A DNA stretch of 64,000 bases from an uncultured Verrucomicrobiae bacterium (lineage in GTDB: Bacteria > Verrucomicrobiota > Verrucomicrobiia > Chthoniobacterales > JAFAMB01): contig CAWIPH010000002.1 of NCBI GenBank assembly GCA_963837955.1, positions 4,800,001-4,864,000 of the forward strand. Direction: 5' to 3'. The notes under the pieces were generated by a model. The model made no database searches, was not told where the DNA came from, and was given only the letters and a program-made list of their open reading frames with translations. Position 1 is the first letter of the stretch. Each line of letters begins with the position of its first letter. Position numbers and translations under genes: made by a program. Positions 1 to 11,588 of this stretch are shown here, piece by piece.

Positions 1-12
1 TTTCTTTTTCTT

Positions 13-294
13 TTGGCAGCGCTGTTTCCGATCCAGAGCGAGATAGTAAGTGTTCCTGTTTCAGGGGGTATTTTTCCTGCTTCGAGTCCATATTATTATC
101 TAACCGTTCTGCGCGCTCGTGAGGTAACGCTTTTCTGGCAGCCTGTTTTTGTACCTTTGCGGACGTACCGCGGGATGCTGCCAGGTCAGTGGCTCCGAAC
201 CGAGTTAGATTGGGAAAGCTGCACACTCGAATTGGTGATTATCGTTTCGGTTGGATTTCTCTATTTTGTTTGGTTAGAGCGACGCTCCGCGTAA
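13..294 (+). CDS. C-terminal part of a hypothetical membrane protein (probably starts upstream of the window)
   Basis: Open frame at the window edge ending in a hydrophobic segment (LELVIIVSVGFLYFVWL) followed by basic residues. Confidence 0.35.
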   Translation: MAALFPIQSEIVSVPVSGGIFPASSPYYYLTVLRAREVTLFWQPVFVPLRTYRGMLPGQWLRTELDWESCTLELVIIVSVGFLYFVWLERRSA

Positions 295-340
295 AATCCC
301 GTTAGAGTGCGAACCGCACTCGCCAGCGCAAAGGCTGAAT

Positions 341-877
341 ATGGCTACCCCAATATATCTAAGCAGGGACCCCGACGAGGCCGTCGTGAGGCTCAATTAC
401 GAAAAGGCCGTTGAAGCACTCGGCAAAATCTGCGTCGAGTTTCAGCTGCTCGAAACCCACCTCAAAGTAGCGATCGGAAATCTCCTTGATTCTGATGACT
501 ACCGGCCCGGCGTAATCGTAACCGCCAAACTCTCTTTTCAAGCGACTCTCGACTTATTCGGAGCCCTCTACCAGCACCGTTTCAATGATGCAGTCGAGCA
601 CAAAGAACTCGACAGGTTTCTAAACAAATGCAAGAAGGTCGAGGAACGCCGAAATCAAATTCTTCACTCGCATTGGCGGCCAGACACCATAGGCGGCAAG
701 GGTGCCATCCGAACAAAGTTCACGGCCCGTAGGACATTCAAAACCCAGCAGCAGCTCCTTTCTCAAGCCGGTTTGCAAAAGGAAGCTGACGATCTGCAGG
801 CCCTGCGGGAAACGTTTTTAAAGGTCTGGGCAGCACGCGTGGTCAGAAACGTCACTCCGCGTAAGCGGATTTATTAA
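341..877 (+). CDS. hypothetical protein, HEPN-like (RxxxxH motif)
   Basis: 178 aa, helical-looking; RRNQILHSHW matches the HEPN R-X4-H signature, preceded by an E-bearing helix (EFQLLE). Confidence 0.55.
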   Translation: MATPIYLSRDPDEAVVRLNYEKAVEALGKICVEFQLLETHLKVAIGNLLDSDDYRPGVIVTAKLSFQATLDLFGALYQHRFNDAVEHKELDRFLNKCKKVEERRNQILHSHWRPDTIGGKGAIRTKFTARRTFKTQQQLLSQAGLQKEADDLQALRETFLKVWAARVVRNVTPRKRIY

Positions 878-1376
878 ACTGCACGACTTATCCGACCATT
901 CCACGCCCTAAGCGCTCGCTCGTGGCTTTCACGCTTCGGCCCGCCCGCTCCGCACTTCGGGCGAACGCCCTGGAACGATTCCGATACCGCTATGAGCGAG
1001 AAAAAGCTTTTGTGTCGCGTCAGACTGCGGAACAGCGATCAGAAGTTTGGCGTTTGGATTTTCCGGCCTTAAAATTTTGATCGGGAAAACTTAACGTCAA
1101 TCTGCTGTCTGCCGCCATTACGACGCCCTCTCTCGTCACGATGCTGATAATGAAAGACATTGCCGCGATTGGATTAGTGCTTAGTTCAGGGGGTGGCTAG
1201 ATTTGATATCAGCCTTCGATGGTTCAATGAATACGTCGTTTTGCGTATTGATTCACGATTTGCTGAAACTCCTATTTCGGCCCCAAAAAAGCTTCTCAGA
1301 TTGGCTCAGGAGCGCGTTTGCTGAGGGTGCCTGCATCATGATGCTCGGGTTCTCGGGCCTGGTTAATGAATGCGCC

Positions 1377-1670
1377 TCACTCGTTTTTCACAAGGTAAAC
1401 CGCCTCATCGTGACGCAATACAACTTGTTCCAACTTCTCTTTTGGCAGATCCTCTTCCTTGATCTTGGTAAGATTTACCGGGTCATCGACGCCTCTACCG
1501 AGCGTTAGATTAAAAGTCTCTCTGGCTCGATCTTCGGGGTGACCCTCATATGGGTTGCCGTTAGGATCGTGCGTTTGAACCGCAATGATATAATGCAGCG
1601 TCAACCGGCCCCTTTCATTGCCGATGGGTGCCCGCACGAGCTTGGTTTGGTAGAAAATTTGTTCGCTCAT
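1377..1670 (-). CDS. hypothetical protein (97 aa)
   Basis: ORF from ATG at 1670 (MSEQIFYQTK...) with a natural globular composition. Confidence 0.45.
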   Translation of the reverse strand: MSEQIFYQTKLVRAPIGNERGRLTLHYIIAVQTHDPNGNPYEGHPEDRARETFNLTLGRGVDDPVNLTKIKEEDLPKEKLEQVVLRHDEAVYLVKNE

Positions 1671-1870
1671 GGGCGCTCTTAGTCCTCGTACATCCAAAAC
1701 AAGACGTGTCTGCTTCCTTTCCGGTCCTCGGCGGCTAAGCAGCATTCCAAAAATCGCGTTAACGATTTGACCCGGTAACGCTTGGCTATTGCTTGGAGCG
1801 CGGCCCGGTCCTCAGGTTTCAACTTAATGATAACGGGTGTATTGGACCCAAATCTCGGTCGGGATGCACT

Positions 1871-2286
1871 CAAGAGCACGGAGCGCGCTCCGATTCTCAC
1901 CCCCGCCCCTATGAAGCAATGCGGCCGCATGGAGGCTGTGTGGTCGATCTGTGCCGCGGAGTCGATAATTGCGCCCGGATGGATGCCCTGAGCAGGCTGC
2001 TCCGGCGGGAAAAAGAGCTGTAGCACTCTCGCCATGGCTATACGTGCATTCGGCACACGAATGATGACCTTCTTTGAGGACTCGAATGCGTCGCTCACGA
2101 GAATGGCAGTGGCCGCGCTTTGTTCAGCAGCAGCAAAATATGCTTGTTTTTCGGCGAAGGTGAGATCGCCGACCTTTGCGCTTCCGCGGAGGCAAAGCCG
2201 ATTAGTTGGACCGAACCATCTCCGACAACCTCGCCATGGAGTTGGTCCGCAATCTGAGCCGCGGAGAAAGAGATAGAGAATGACAC
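1871..2286 (-). pseudogene. lpxD: LpxD-like UDP-3-O-acylglucosamine N-acyltransferase, frameshifted and 3'-truncated
   Basis: FSAAQIADQLHGEVVGDGSVQLIGFASA in one frame continues as AKVGDLTF...IIRVPNAR...GIHPGAIIDSAAQID...IGAGVRIGARSVLL (hexapeptide repeats) in another; shift near 2184; similarity stops near 1871. Confidence 0.8.
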
Positions 2287-2340
2287 TGGGTAAGTGGCAG
2301 CAAATTCCGTCTACGAACGACGATGCGCAATCGTCTATTC

Positions 2341-3342
2341 CTACGAATTCACATTTCGAACTGCCGCCCTTACTTGAGCGAGGCCGATCATCTGCTGAGA
2401 TTCCACATCCCAAACCTTCAAACGCAGGCAACGAATGATTTCGATGGGATTGAGCGAGGTAGTCTTTGGCGTCTGCAACTCCACTATATTATTGAGGACC
2501 TCAGGCAACCGATAGAATGGGATTCGGGCATTCAAATGGTGAATGTGATGGTAACCAATATTACCAGTAAACCAGCCCATGATTCGACCGGTTTTCATAA
2601 AACTGGAGGATTCCAACGCGGCTTTCTCGTACGTCCATCCATCAGCAGCGCTGAAAGAAACCCCCGGGAAGTTGTGTTGGGCATAGAACAGGTAGGATCC
2701 AATAGCGCCCGCGATGAAGTCAGGGATCAGTAGAGCCAGTAACAACGCTTGCCAGCCGAAGAACACTGCGATCAACACCCCTGTTACTGCGTGCACCACC
2801 AAAGCGATCAGGCAATCGTAGTGTTCACGTAGTTTTTCAAACAATGGAAAAATGCACATCCCGCCGAGAAAAACGGAAACGTAGCCGAACAAGATGGTTA
2901 ACGGGTGGCGCATGAAAAGGTATTGAAGGCGTTCCCTTTTCGATGACTTCAAAAACTGGTCCTTGGTCATTATGGGAAATGACCCGATATGAGAACCTCT
3001 GAGCTTAGAGTTGTGGTTGTGATGATGATTGTGTGAGCTCTTCCAAATGCTAGTGGGGCTTAGGGCGAGGATTCCAAAGATCCCCATCAAGGCTTCCGCT
3101 AAACGAGACTTCGGCAAGATCGCTCTATGCTGTTGATCGTGGTAAATCACGAACATTCTTAGAAACAGAAGCCCGGCAAGAACGCTGCAGATGATCTTCC
3201 CCGCGAGAGGAAAATGCCAAAGAGTTCCAACCAGGGCAGCTATCAGCAGGAAAGCGGTTGAAAAAATGGACCACCAGCTCCTTATCGCGTGATCGACCGC
3301 ATACGGTTTTGTGGCCAGTATAAGTTCTTTGCTTCCTCTCAT
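2341..3342 (-). CDS. membrane fatty acid desaturase
   Basis: Three His boxes (HDQQH, HNHHHNH, HHIHH) and TM segments; alternative start at 3363. Confidence 0.9.
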   Translation of the reverse strand: MRGSKELILATKPYAVDHAIRSWWSIFSTAFLLIAALVGTLWHFPLAGKIICSVLAGLLFLRMFVIYHDQQHRAILPKSRLAEALMGIFGILALSPTSIWKSSHNHHHNHNSKLRGSHIGSFPIMTKDQFLKSSKRERLQYLFMRHPLTILFGYVSVFLGGMCIFPLFEKLREHYDCLIALVVHAVTGVLIAVFFGWQALLLALLIPDFIAGAIGSYLFYAQHNFPGVSFSAADGWTYEKAALESSSFMKTGRIMGWFTGNIGYHHIHHLNARIPFYRLPEVLNNIVELQTPKTTSLNPIEIIRCLRLKVWDVESQQMIGLAQVRAAVRNVNS

Positions 3343-4083
3343 GGGCGCTCGACGGTCCGGCACGCTGTGGGAACACTAGGCATTTGTCAAATTAGTGGGT
3401 CCGCAAAGGGACGTATCTTAAATATTCCGAAGCGCGAATGTGCGCTTGCGGCCGCTGAACGTTTCGAGGCTTTTGCCATCGAAGAAAAACTCAAGGGCAG
3501 CCCTCACATTGGCATGGTGGCCACAAAGTTATCGAGCACGACGGACACTGGGCGGTAAAGCCTGATTATCTGTCCACGTCGAAAGGAAACAAGTGGAGAA
3601 CAATTGCGTCCGACCTTGGGGGGGAGGAGGAGGATTGATCCGCGTCACCAGCATTCCCGGGATCGGCGGGGTCTCCAATTTAGCACGACGGTGTTTATGC
3701 CTCTCACGGAAGATCGTTATCGGTTCGAGTATTTCAGCAGAGCGAGGCACCGAGCATCGTGTTCGATATTGGAGTATTGCTTGTCGCTCAACTCGTGAGC
3801 ATGGGCTCCTTCTGGAATTCTAGAAGACTTCCAAAGATCCCATTCTAGCATTCTATGGCATACCTCTTCTGGTATTGTGAACCTGGCTCGCGGGAGATAG
3901 ACTAATGGTGGTTCGTTCAGAACAATGTAACGCGGGATCTCTGGCGACGTAGCCAGCAACTGGGAGCCCAAATCCTGGACGATAAATTATTCCGAGCCCT
4001 AGATCTTTCTGGATGCCTTCAATGTCGATGGCAATGGCGGAGGAAACGGAACGCTGAGCTTTAGAAAAGAAACCAAGGCTAAC

Positions 4084-4929
4084 ATGAATAGGTTCAATGA
4101 GGGAAAGGCTTGCGATGCTATTATCCGCCACCTAGAAACCCGCGAGGGCAGCTTGCGCCTGGATGTTCGCTCACCTGAACGTGCAGGCCACACAGCTCCA
4201 GTCGAACTCACCTGTATGATCGGAGCCCACCGTTTTGCGTTCGAGCATACCGGCATCGAGCCATTCGAGGGTCAGATCAAGCTTGAGACACAGGCTCATT
4301 TTCATCCTCTGAGAGATATGCTCTCCGGCCCGATTCCCCCAGGCGAACAGTACGAACTACAAGTACCGTTTGGTGCGACCCTTACCCTCCCTAAGGCGCA
4401 GATCAACAGCGTTATCTCGGCTCTCGGCGGCTGGATCCGCAGAGAGGGGCCCAAACTAACGCTCGCCCCTGTTGGCCGATACGGAACACCTGCAGTTCGG
4501 CAACCGGATGCTATTGTCCCGTTCAAGGCTGCATTGTACCGGAATAGCCTGCCCGGCGCTCCTGGTCACCTGCTTGTTACTCATCGCGTCGACGAACTTG
4601 ACGATTCTAGGACTGCGCGGATTGAACGGGCGTGCCGACAGAAATTCCCCAAACTCGCCGTGTGGAAGAACGGCGGAGTGCGCACGATTCTTATTCTAGA
4701 AGAAAATGATATCCAGCTCACGAACGTCGTAGATGTCTGTCGTTCGCTTCTCCAGGTTGAGGGTTCATTCCCGTTTAAACCGAACGAAGTATACCTCATC
4801 ACAACATCGATTACTCCGTGGTTTGTTTGGTGCCTGAGAATCGGCAGCGCGTCCTTTTTTGACCTCGCGCCCGAGGACCGTGGCTGGGAGATTGATCCCA
4901 AAATCCTCGTGCCGCTGACAAATCGCTAA
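4084..4929 (+). CDS. hypothetical protein, possible PD-(D/E)xK-like nuclease fold
   Basis: 281 aa ATG ORF; PE...PVELTC...FAFEHT resembles a restriction-endonuclease-like core (weak). Confidence 0.6.
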   Translation: MNRFNEGKACDAIIRHLETREGSLRLDVRSPERAGHTAPVELTCMIGAHRFAFEHTGIEPFEGQIKLETQAHFHPLRDMLSGPIPPGEQYELQVPFGATLTLPKAQINSVISALGGWIRREGPKLTLAPVGRYGTPAVRQPDAIVPFKAALYRNSLPGAPGHLLVTHRVDELDDSRTARIERACRQKFPKLAVWKNGGVRTILILEENDIQLTNVVDVCRSLLQVEGSFPFKPNEVYLITTSITPWFVWCLRIGSASFFDLAPEDRGWEIDPKILVPLTNR

Positions 4930-5249
4930 ATGCCGAGTGCAAGCGCTCTCGATTCACAACGGATCTTAACGCGGCTCGGGACTTTGACCTGCGCTGTTTT
5001 TTTAGGAAAGCTTGGAGCTGCCGCGACGCACTAACCGCTCGACGAACGAATCCATAGTGGAGTCTTGAGGAGAAACCCTGGGGGATATCCGGGCTTCAGA
5101 CATCAGGGCGCGTCAGCAGGCGCCCCGGTGCCAACCGGCTGGAGCGGTAAACAAAAGAGTGGTCGAACCCGGGCCCGAAAGCTTTGGGATCATCCTCCGC
5201 CCGATTCGTTGTATATTCCCGATGCTAAGCCGAGGACACGGAGATCAAC

Positions 5250-5348
5250 ATGGGACTGAATGTGGCGCAGAAACTCATCAACTCGCACCTCCTCTCCGGC
5301 GCGATGACGGCGGGGAAGGAGATCGGGATTCGCATCGATCAGACACTC
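5250..5348 (+). pseudogene. 5' fragment of an aconitate hydratase
   Basis: GGAG RBS then MGLNVAQKLINSHLLSGAMTAGKEIGIRIDQTL, the typical N-terminus just before the TQDATGT motif, which is absent; frame stops at 5375. Confidence 0.7.
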
Positions 5349-5491
5349 GGGTGGCAAATGCGGGCGCCGGAATGAAGTTCGGCTATTTCGATGATCCAGC
5401 CGAAGCGTACGCGGCCTACGTCAAAGGCATTGAAGAATTGTGTGGCCTATCACTGGCCGAGATCTGTCCGCGGCTGATTCGAGGGGCTTGA
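5349..5491 (+). pseudogene. AP2-like DNA-binding domain remnant
   Basis: GWQMRAP / GMKFGYFDDPAEAYAAY across a frameshift resembles the AP2 consensus W.A.I...LGYF.T.EEA..AY. Confidence 0.4.
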
Positions 5492-5680
5492 AAATCCCGG
5501 ATGTTGCGCGCTAAGGGTAAGAGCCGATGCTAAGGCTCGTTGCGCGTTTCGCGGCCCTACGCTTGGCAGATTCAATGCCCATCTTACGCGCTTGTGCTTT
5601 GGTTAGAGGCTTTTTTCGGCGGGCACGTAGTGCTGAGCCAAGTGAGATCTCGATCCCGCAATTCGGGCATTGGTAGGGTT

Positions 5681-6304
5681 TCATTGGCGTGCGTAAACGA
5701 ATGCCTCTTTTGGGGTCATTTTGCGTCGATGAATCAGACGCCAGATTCGCCTCTTATTAAGGCCGAACCGTTCACAAAGTTCGGAAATTGGCGCAGTTTG
5801 GCCATCAACGGTCACTATGCGATTTAACCGTGTGTTGCGGTTTTGCTCCTGGCGCGTGGCCCATCGGCAATTACTCGGCGAGTAAGGCCCGTCGTTGTCC
5901 TTGCGTTCAAGAGTGAGTTCGGGTGAAGGTTTGCGTCCCATGTCGACCAAGAACGCCGCATAGTTGTGCCGCCATCGCTCGCAGACGATGATGCCGCGGT
6001 CGCCGTAGTTCTTCCAAGCTTGCCGTTTTTGGTTGGCGCTACGCTCAATCATCCCTATCCAAGTTCGATATTCCGCTGATTCGCGATCGCCGTGGGTTGT
6101 GAAGCGTTTTCGACTTTGTTCACGCTGAAGGCAGCCACAAGAACGCGTGTTACCTCTGCGAAGTTGGGCAGCAAGTACAACTACCAATTGCCCACATTGG
6201 CAGAGGCAAAGCCAGTGAGTACGTCCGTGAAGATCTATCTGAGCCAGGCGTAGCACGGTTAAGCGCCCGTACTCCTGACCTTCTAGATTGATTTTTTTTG
6301 TCAT
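5681..6304 (-). CDS. phage-type HNH homing endonuclease
   Basis: GQEYGRLTVL, WLCLCQCG, SCGC, YGDRGIIVCERW, TLERKDNDGPYSPSNCRWAT..EQNRN and a C-terminal HTH-like tail. Confidence 0.85.
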   Translation of the reverse strand: MTKKINLEGQEYGRLTVLRLAQIDLHGRTHWLCLCQCGQLVVVLAAQLRRGNTRSCGCLQREQSRKRFTTHGDRESAEYRTWIGMIERSANQKRQAWKNYGDRGIIVCERWRHNYAAFLVDMGRKPSPELTLERKDNDGPYSPSNCRWATRQEQNRNTRLNRIVTVDGQTAPISELCERFGLNKRRIWRLIHRRKMTPKEAFVYARQ

Positions 6305-6611
6305 TGGATACTTTAATCCAACACACGTACGTTGCAAAACAACAGACTCTTGAAAAGGGCCTGGATCGATCCTCACACGCCTCGGTCGGAGGCTAAACCG
6401 CGACAGAAAAACACCTCACGTCATCAGGCTAGATGCCGACTCGTCACCCGTCGTCATATGCAAAGGCGACAGTAACGCGTCGATAAGAGTATGGGAGAAG
6501 CTAATGAAGCCGGGCGAGCTTCATGCTGTTAGTTAAATCGATTCTCTTATGACGACAGATCGGCGCGCCATCCAGATCGAATAACGACCCCAAAAGGAGG
6601 ATACAGAACAT

Positions 6612-6905
6612 ATGGCAGTCAACGTGAAACCTCTCGGCGATCGCGTGCTGATTCAGCCGCTCGAAGAGAAGGAAGGCAAGAAGGGAGGCATCATCATTCC
6701 CGACACGGCGAAAGAGAAGCCTCAGGAAGGCACCGTCGTGGCTGTCGGTACCGGCAAGCTCGACGACAGTGGCAAGAAGATCGAATTCAACGTCAAAGTC
6801 GGCGACAAAGTCCTCATCCCTAAATACGGCGGCACCGAGATTAAGATCGACGGTGAGAGCTACCTAATCATGCGCGAGGACGATATCCTCGGAATAATTG
6901 GATAA
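6612..6905 (+). CDS. groES: co-chaperonin GroES
   Basis: [45 protein letters not shown]. Confidence 0.98.
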   Translation: MAVNVKPLGDRVLIQPLEEKEGKKGGIIIPDTAKEKPQEGTVVAVGTGKLDDSGKKIEFNVKVGDKVLIPKYGGTEIKIDGESYLIMREDDILGIIG

Positions 6906-6927
6906 CCCCGAACTTTAAAAACCTTAA

Positions 6928-8577
<1,650 letters not shown>

Positions 8578-9514
8578 GCTGCATCATTTCCAAGCTGAAC
8601 TCGAAACCCCGTCCCGATTTTCGGGGCCGGAATTCAAATAGACTGGTGAGACACTCTTTTCTCGAGGCGATAGAAAACTGTTTCCATTCTCTTCACGCCA
8701 CTTTCCTAGGATAATGACCGATTCCAGATCGTTCACAGCGATTTTTAGAACAGAAAGGCAGAACAACTAAGCGCAACCCGAAACGGTTACGAACATAGTT
8801 TCATGACATTCGTATTTGGTGAGGGCTTTAGGGGGTTAACCTCACGAAACGGAAATTCAAGCACGGTAAGACGTGTGTTTACTTCCCTTATTCGCATTCG
8901 CATCGCCCTTGCGCTCACACCTCGTGCGCAGCCTCACTTAACTTGGCCAAATTCGCGCTTGGATTGTACCTGCTGACGCTTACCAGGCCCGGTGAGGACC
9001 GACCGAAGGAGGGCTTTTAGCATCTGTCTAACCTCAATAGAATTGGTTGACTCAATAATGAGCAAAGACAATGAATCCGTCTTCCATCCTCAGAGACAAT
9101 CGAGTCTCAAAGCCTTTTCGGCATCCGTGGAAGCGTCTTTTTCTGACGAGGGGCAGTGAGTGCCCCCCATACCGATCGAGACCTCTCAGGAAGTAGCAAC
9201 AGACTTGAGACCTTCGCCCAAAGGCCAAGCTCCAATTCGTTCAGCAACGGTTCGGGTGTGGTTGGGGACCTATCTAGCGTACGTCGTTTCCTTATAGTAC
9301 CGGATGAACCTCTCATAACTACATCTCGCGCCAACGTGGAGGAGTCGCTGCCTATGCATTGGCAAACATCAACCTACGCTTGATCCTGGATAAACGAGTT
9401 TGGGTGTTGGTCGCACAAACGTTTTTTTGCGCACAGACAGATGCGGCACGAAAATTTCAACTTTCGGAGTCAGCGTTCTCGGGATCAAGTACAAGGCAAC
9501 AGTCAGAGCCGTCA

Positions 9515-10465
9515 ATGCAGCAGGACACTTTTGCAAAACTGGAGCAACGCCTCGGGCGAGTGCATGCAAGGCAGCGGCTCGGAATCGAGAAGGACTACGA
9601 GCAACGCGTATTTGGTCATGGCATCAACTTTTTTCACATTGAGAACTGGTACTCGATCCACTCCGTTATTCGCAATTCGTTGAAGCTGGTAGGGCTGTAT
9701 GGGCGCGGGTGCAAGAATGCAGAGCGTATACAAATACGCCACAACCCCATCCAGCAGGCGGACCTCCCGCTCCTTTTCAATGGATTCACCATCCTTCACA
9801 TCAGCGACATGCATGTGGACATAAGTCAAGGTGCGATGCGCGGCTTGGTAGAGCTTCTCGATGGAATGTCCTACGACCTTTGTGTCCTGACTGGTGATTA
9901 CCGCGGCAAGACATTTGGCCCATTCGATGCAGCTCTCGAAGGAATGGCACAAGTGCGAGCGCATCTCAAAGGGCCAGTCTACGGCGTATTGGGTAATCAT
10001 GACACGATCCGAATGGTTCCAGGACTAGAGGAGATGGGGATCCGGATGCTGCTTAACGAATGCGAAACGATCGCGCGCGACAACCAACGCATCCATCTGG
10101 CCGGCATCGATGACGCACACTATTACCGGGTCGACAATATTGAAAAGGCTGCCTCCTCGATCCCGCATGATGAGTTCTCGGTCCTACTGTCGCACACCCC
10201 GGAGATCTATCGCCAGGCTGCCCATGCCGATTTCAATCTGCTGCTCTGCGGACACACGCACGGCGGGCAGATCTGTCTGCCCGGGTCCGTCCCGATCACC
10301 CTCGATTCGGTCCTGCCGCGGCACATGGGTTCGGGGCCCTGGAAGTATCATAATATGGTCGGCTATACGTCGGTCGGTGCCGGCTCGTGTGTAGTTGCCG
10401 TACGACTCAACTGCCCTCCAGAAATCACGCTGCATCGACTGCAAACTGCGGATCGCCCGCACTAA
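9515..10465 (+). CDS. calcineurin-like metallophosphoesterase (YkuE-like)
   Basis: SDMH, TGD, GNHD, SHTP and GHTHGGQ motifs; start chosen at ATG 9515. Confidence 0.9.
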   Translation: MQQDTFAKLEQRLGRVHARQRLGIEKDYEQRVFGHGINFFHIENWYSIHSVIRNSLKLVGLYGRGCKNAERIQIRHNPIQQADLPLLFNGFTILHISDMHVDISQGAMRGLVELLDGMSYDLCVLTGDYRGKTFGPFDAALEGMAQVRAHLKGPVYGVLGNHDTIRMVPGLEEMGIRMLLNECETIARDNQRIHLAGIDDAHYYRVDNIEKAASSIPHDEFSVLLSHTPEIYRQAAHADFNLLLCGHTHGGQICLPGSVPITLDSVLPRHMGSGPWKYHNMVGYTSVGAGSCVVAVRLNCPPEITLHRLQTADRPH

Positions 10466-10953
10466 TACGGGCGGTCCCGCAGACGAAACTTGTAGAGGAC
10501 CCGGGAAATCAGTATCTCACTAATAAAGAAGCTGATCACGATAACCGCGATATCCGATATCGTTAACGAAAGCGCGCTGCGGCAAGCGAGAAGTGGAAAC
10601 AAGGATTCAGGAACCTGATCTAGCCCAATCGCTCTGCTGCTTGCAGGCAGCCTCATACGGCGCTTCAGGAAGCTGGAGAAGAGATCGCCTGACATGGCTA
10701 CGCTTCCGACCAGTGCCCCTGTTTTGCCTCGCAGGCCGACCAAGTAGGCACCAACAACGGTCACCAGCACCGAGAAGATAATCCCTCGGATGGTTTTCGA
10801 TGCGCCAAACAAAGGTTGCCCGTCGAAACATCTGGCGCCGTTATCGAGAGGGCGTGAGAGTCGATTGCCGAACATCTTTTTGGCGAGCACGGGTGTGCCG
10901 TTGGCCAGTGTCAGTAGAAATAGCAGTCGCGTGATCGCCCAGAGTCGCACCAT
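10462..10953 (-). CDS. CDP-archaeol synthase (CarS/DUF46)-like membrane protein
   Basis: ANGTPV...PLD.G...DGQPLFGASKTIRG...GDLFSSFLKRR...GLDQ...RDRPY motifs of the CarS-type CTP transferase family. Confidence 0.8.
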   Translation of the reverse strand: MVRLWAITRLLFLLTLANGTPVLAKKMFGNRLSRPLDNGARCFDGQPLFGASKTIRGIIFSVLVTVVGAYLVGLRGKTGALVGSVAMSGDLFSSFLKRRMRLPASSRAIGLDQVPESLFPLLACRSALSLTISDIAVIVISFFISEILISRVLYKFRLRDRPY

Positions 10954-11396
10954 CCCTTTATTTTAGCTTACTATCGACGAGCGGTACCCCCTAATTGAAC
11001 AAGCTCCTCCACAAGACGCGTGTGAGATTTTGCGGGCTAGACCGGAAACCTTTGCTAAGTGAAGAACGGATTCCGGTGGACCGGGAAGTTGGTCGAAGGC
11101 TTTACGCCGATTAGTAGTTTGAGTGGCGAGGCCGGACCAGAATAGCAAACCGATTTGTCGGTCGGCGTTGCAATGGCTTCTGATGGCAAAGCGGACCGAA
11201 ACGGAGAGCCATCAGGAAACGGAGTTAACTAATCGCGGCTGAATTTCAGACCGTAGGGAGTAAGAGACGCAGTTCATGCGGCGCTCAGAATGGAAGCACC
11301 GCGAATCGGCAGAACCTCTTTTCTGCAACGCATCCGGTTCGACCTCGGCGGAAATCCTACGATGGTTCTGAGCAAGTCGCTGTTTCCATCCGCACC

Positions 11397-11588
11397 CTAT
11401 AGATAGCCAACGCGTCTCAAAAAACCCGCTAACCTCGCCAGCATACACCGTTGAGGTCGATCTCTGCCGCCCATCCAGGCGGTCAATGTCATTCGGTTGA
11501 CACCCAGTTTTGTTGCTGTCTGACGATCACTCTCGCGTGACTCTTCCGTGTACCGACCCAACGCTTTCAAAACTTCTTCGGTGGTCAT
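11397..11588 (-). CDS. small XRE/Cro-like HTH protein
   Basis: SDRQTATKLGVNRMTLTAWMGGRDRP helix-turn-helix pattern. Confidence 0.65.
   Translation of the reverse strand: MTTEEVLKALGRYTEESRESDRQTATKLGVNRMTLTAWMGGRDRPQRCMLARLAGFLRRVGYL

Noticed and set aside
1679..2431. 250-aa ORF from the track as a single gene
   Set aside because: Chimera of out-of-frame sequence, the lpxD fragment and unrelated downstream sequence.
3580..3640. QVENNCVRPWG resembling the IS66 transposase NN.VE..IRP motif
   Set aside because: Too short, with no flanking transposase similarity or inverted repeats.
4955..5040. Possible integron attC site after the 281-aa ORF
   Set aside because: No matching GTTRRRY end and no integrase in the window.
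6400..6435. CTGATGA on the minus strand upstream of the HNH gene (ribozyme or group I intron candidate)
   Set aside because: No stem II-GAAA, no recognisable intron core and no interrupted host gene.
8603..8632. Rho-independent terminator after groEL
   Set aside because: Hairpin CCCGA-TTT-TCGGG is present but lacks a following U-tract.
9143..9175. Hammerhead-like CTGACGA followed by a GGGGCA/TGCCCC stem
   Set aside because: The required GAAA after stem II is missing.
11140..11220. c-di-GMP-I riboswitch-like GCAAAC/GCAAAG words and a CTGATGGC...GCCATCAG hairpin
   Set aside because: Tetraloop/receptor arrangement does not fit and no clear downstream gene.
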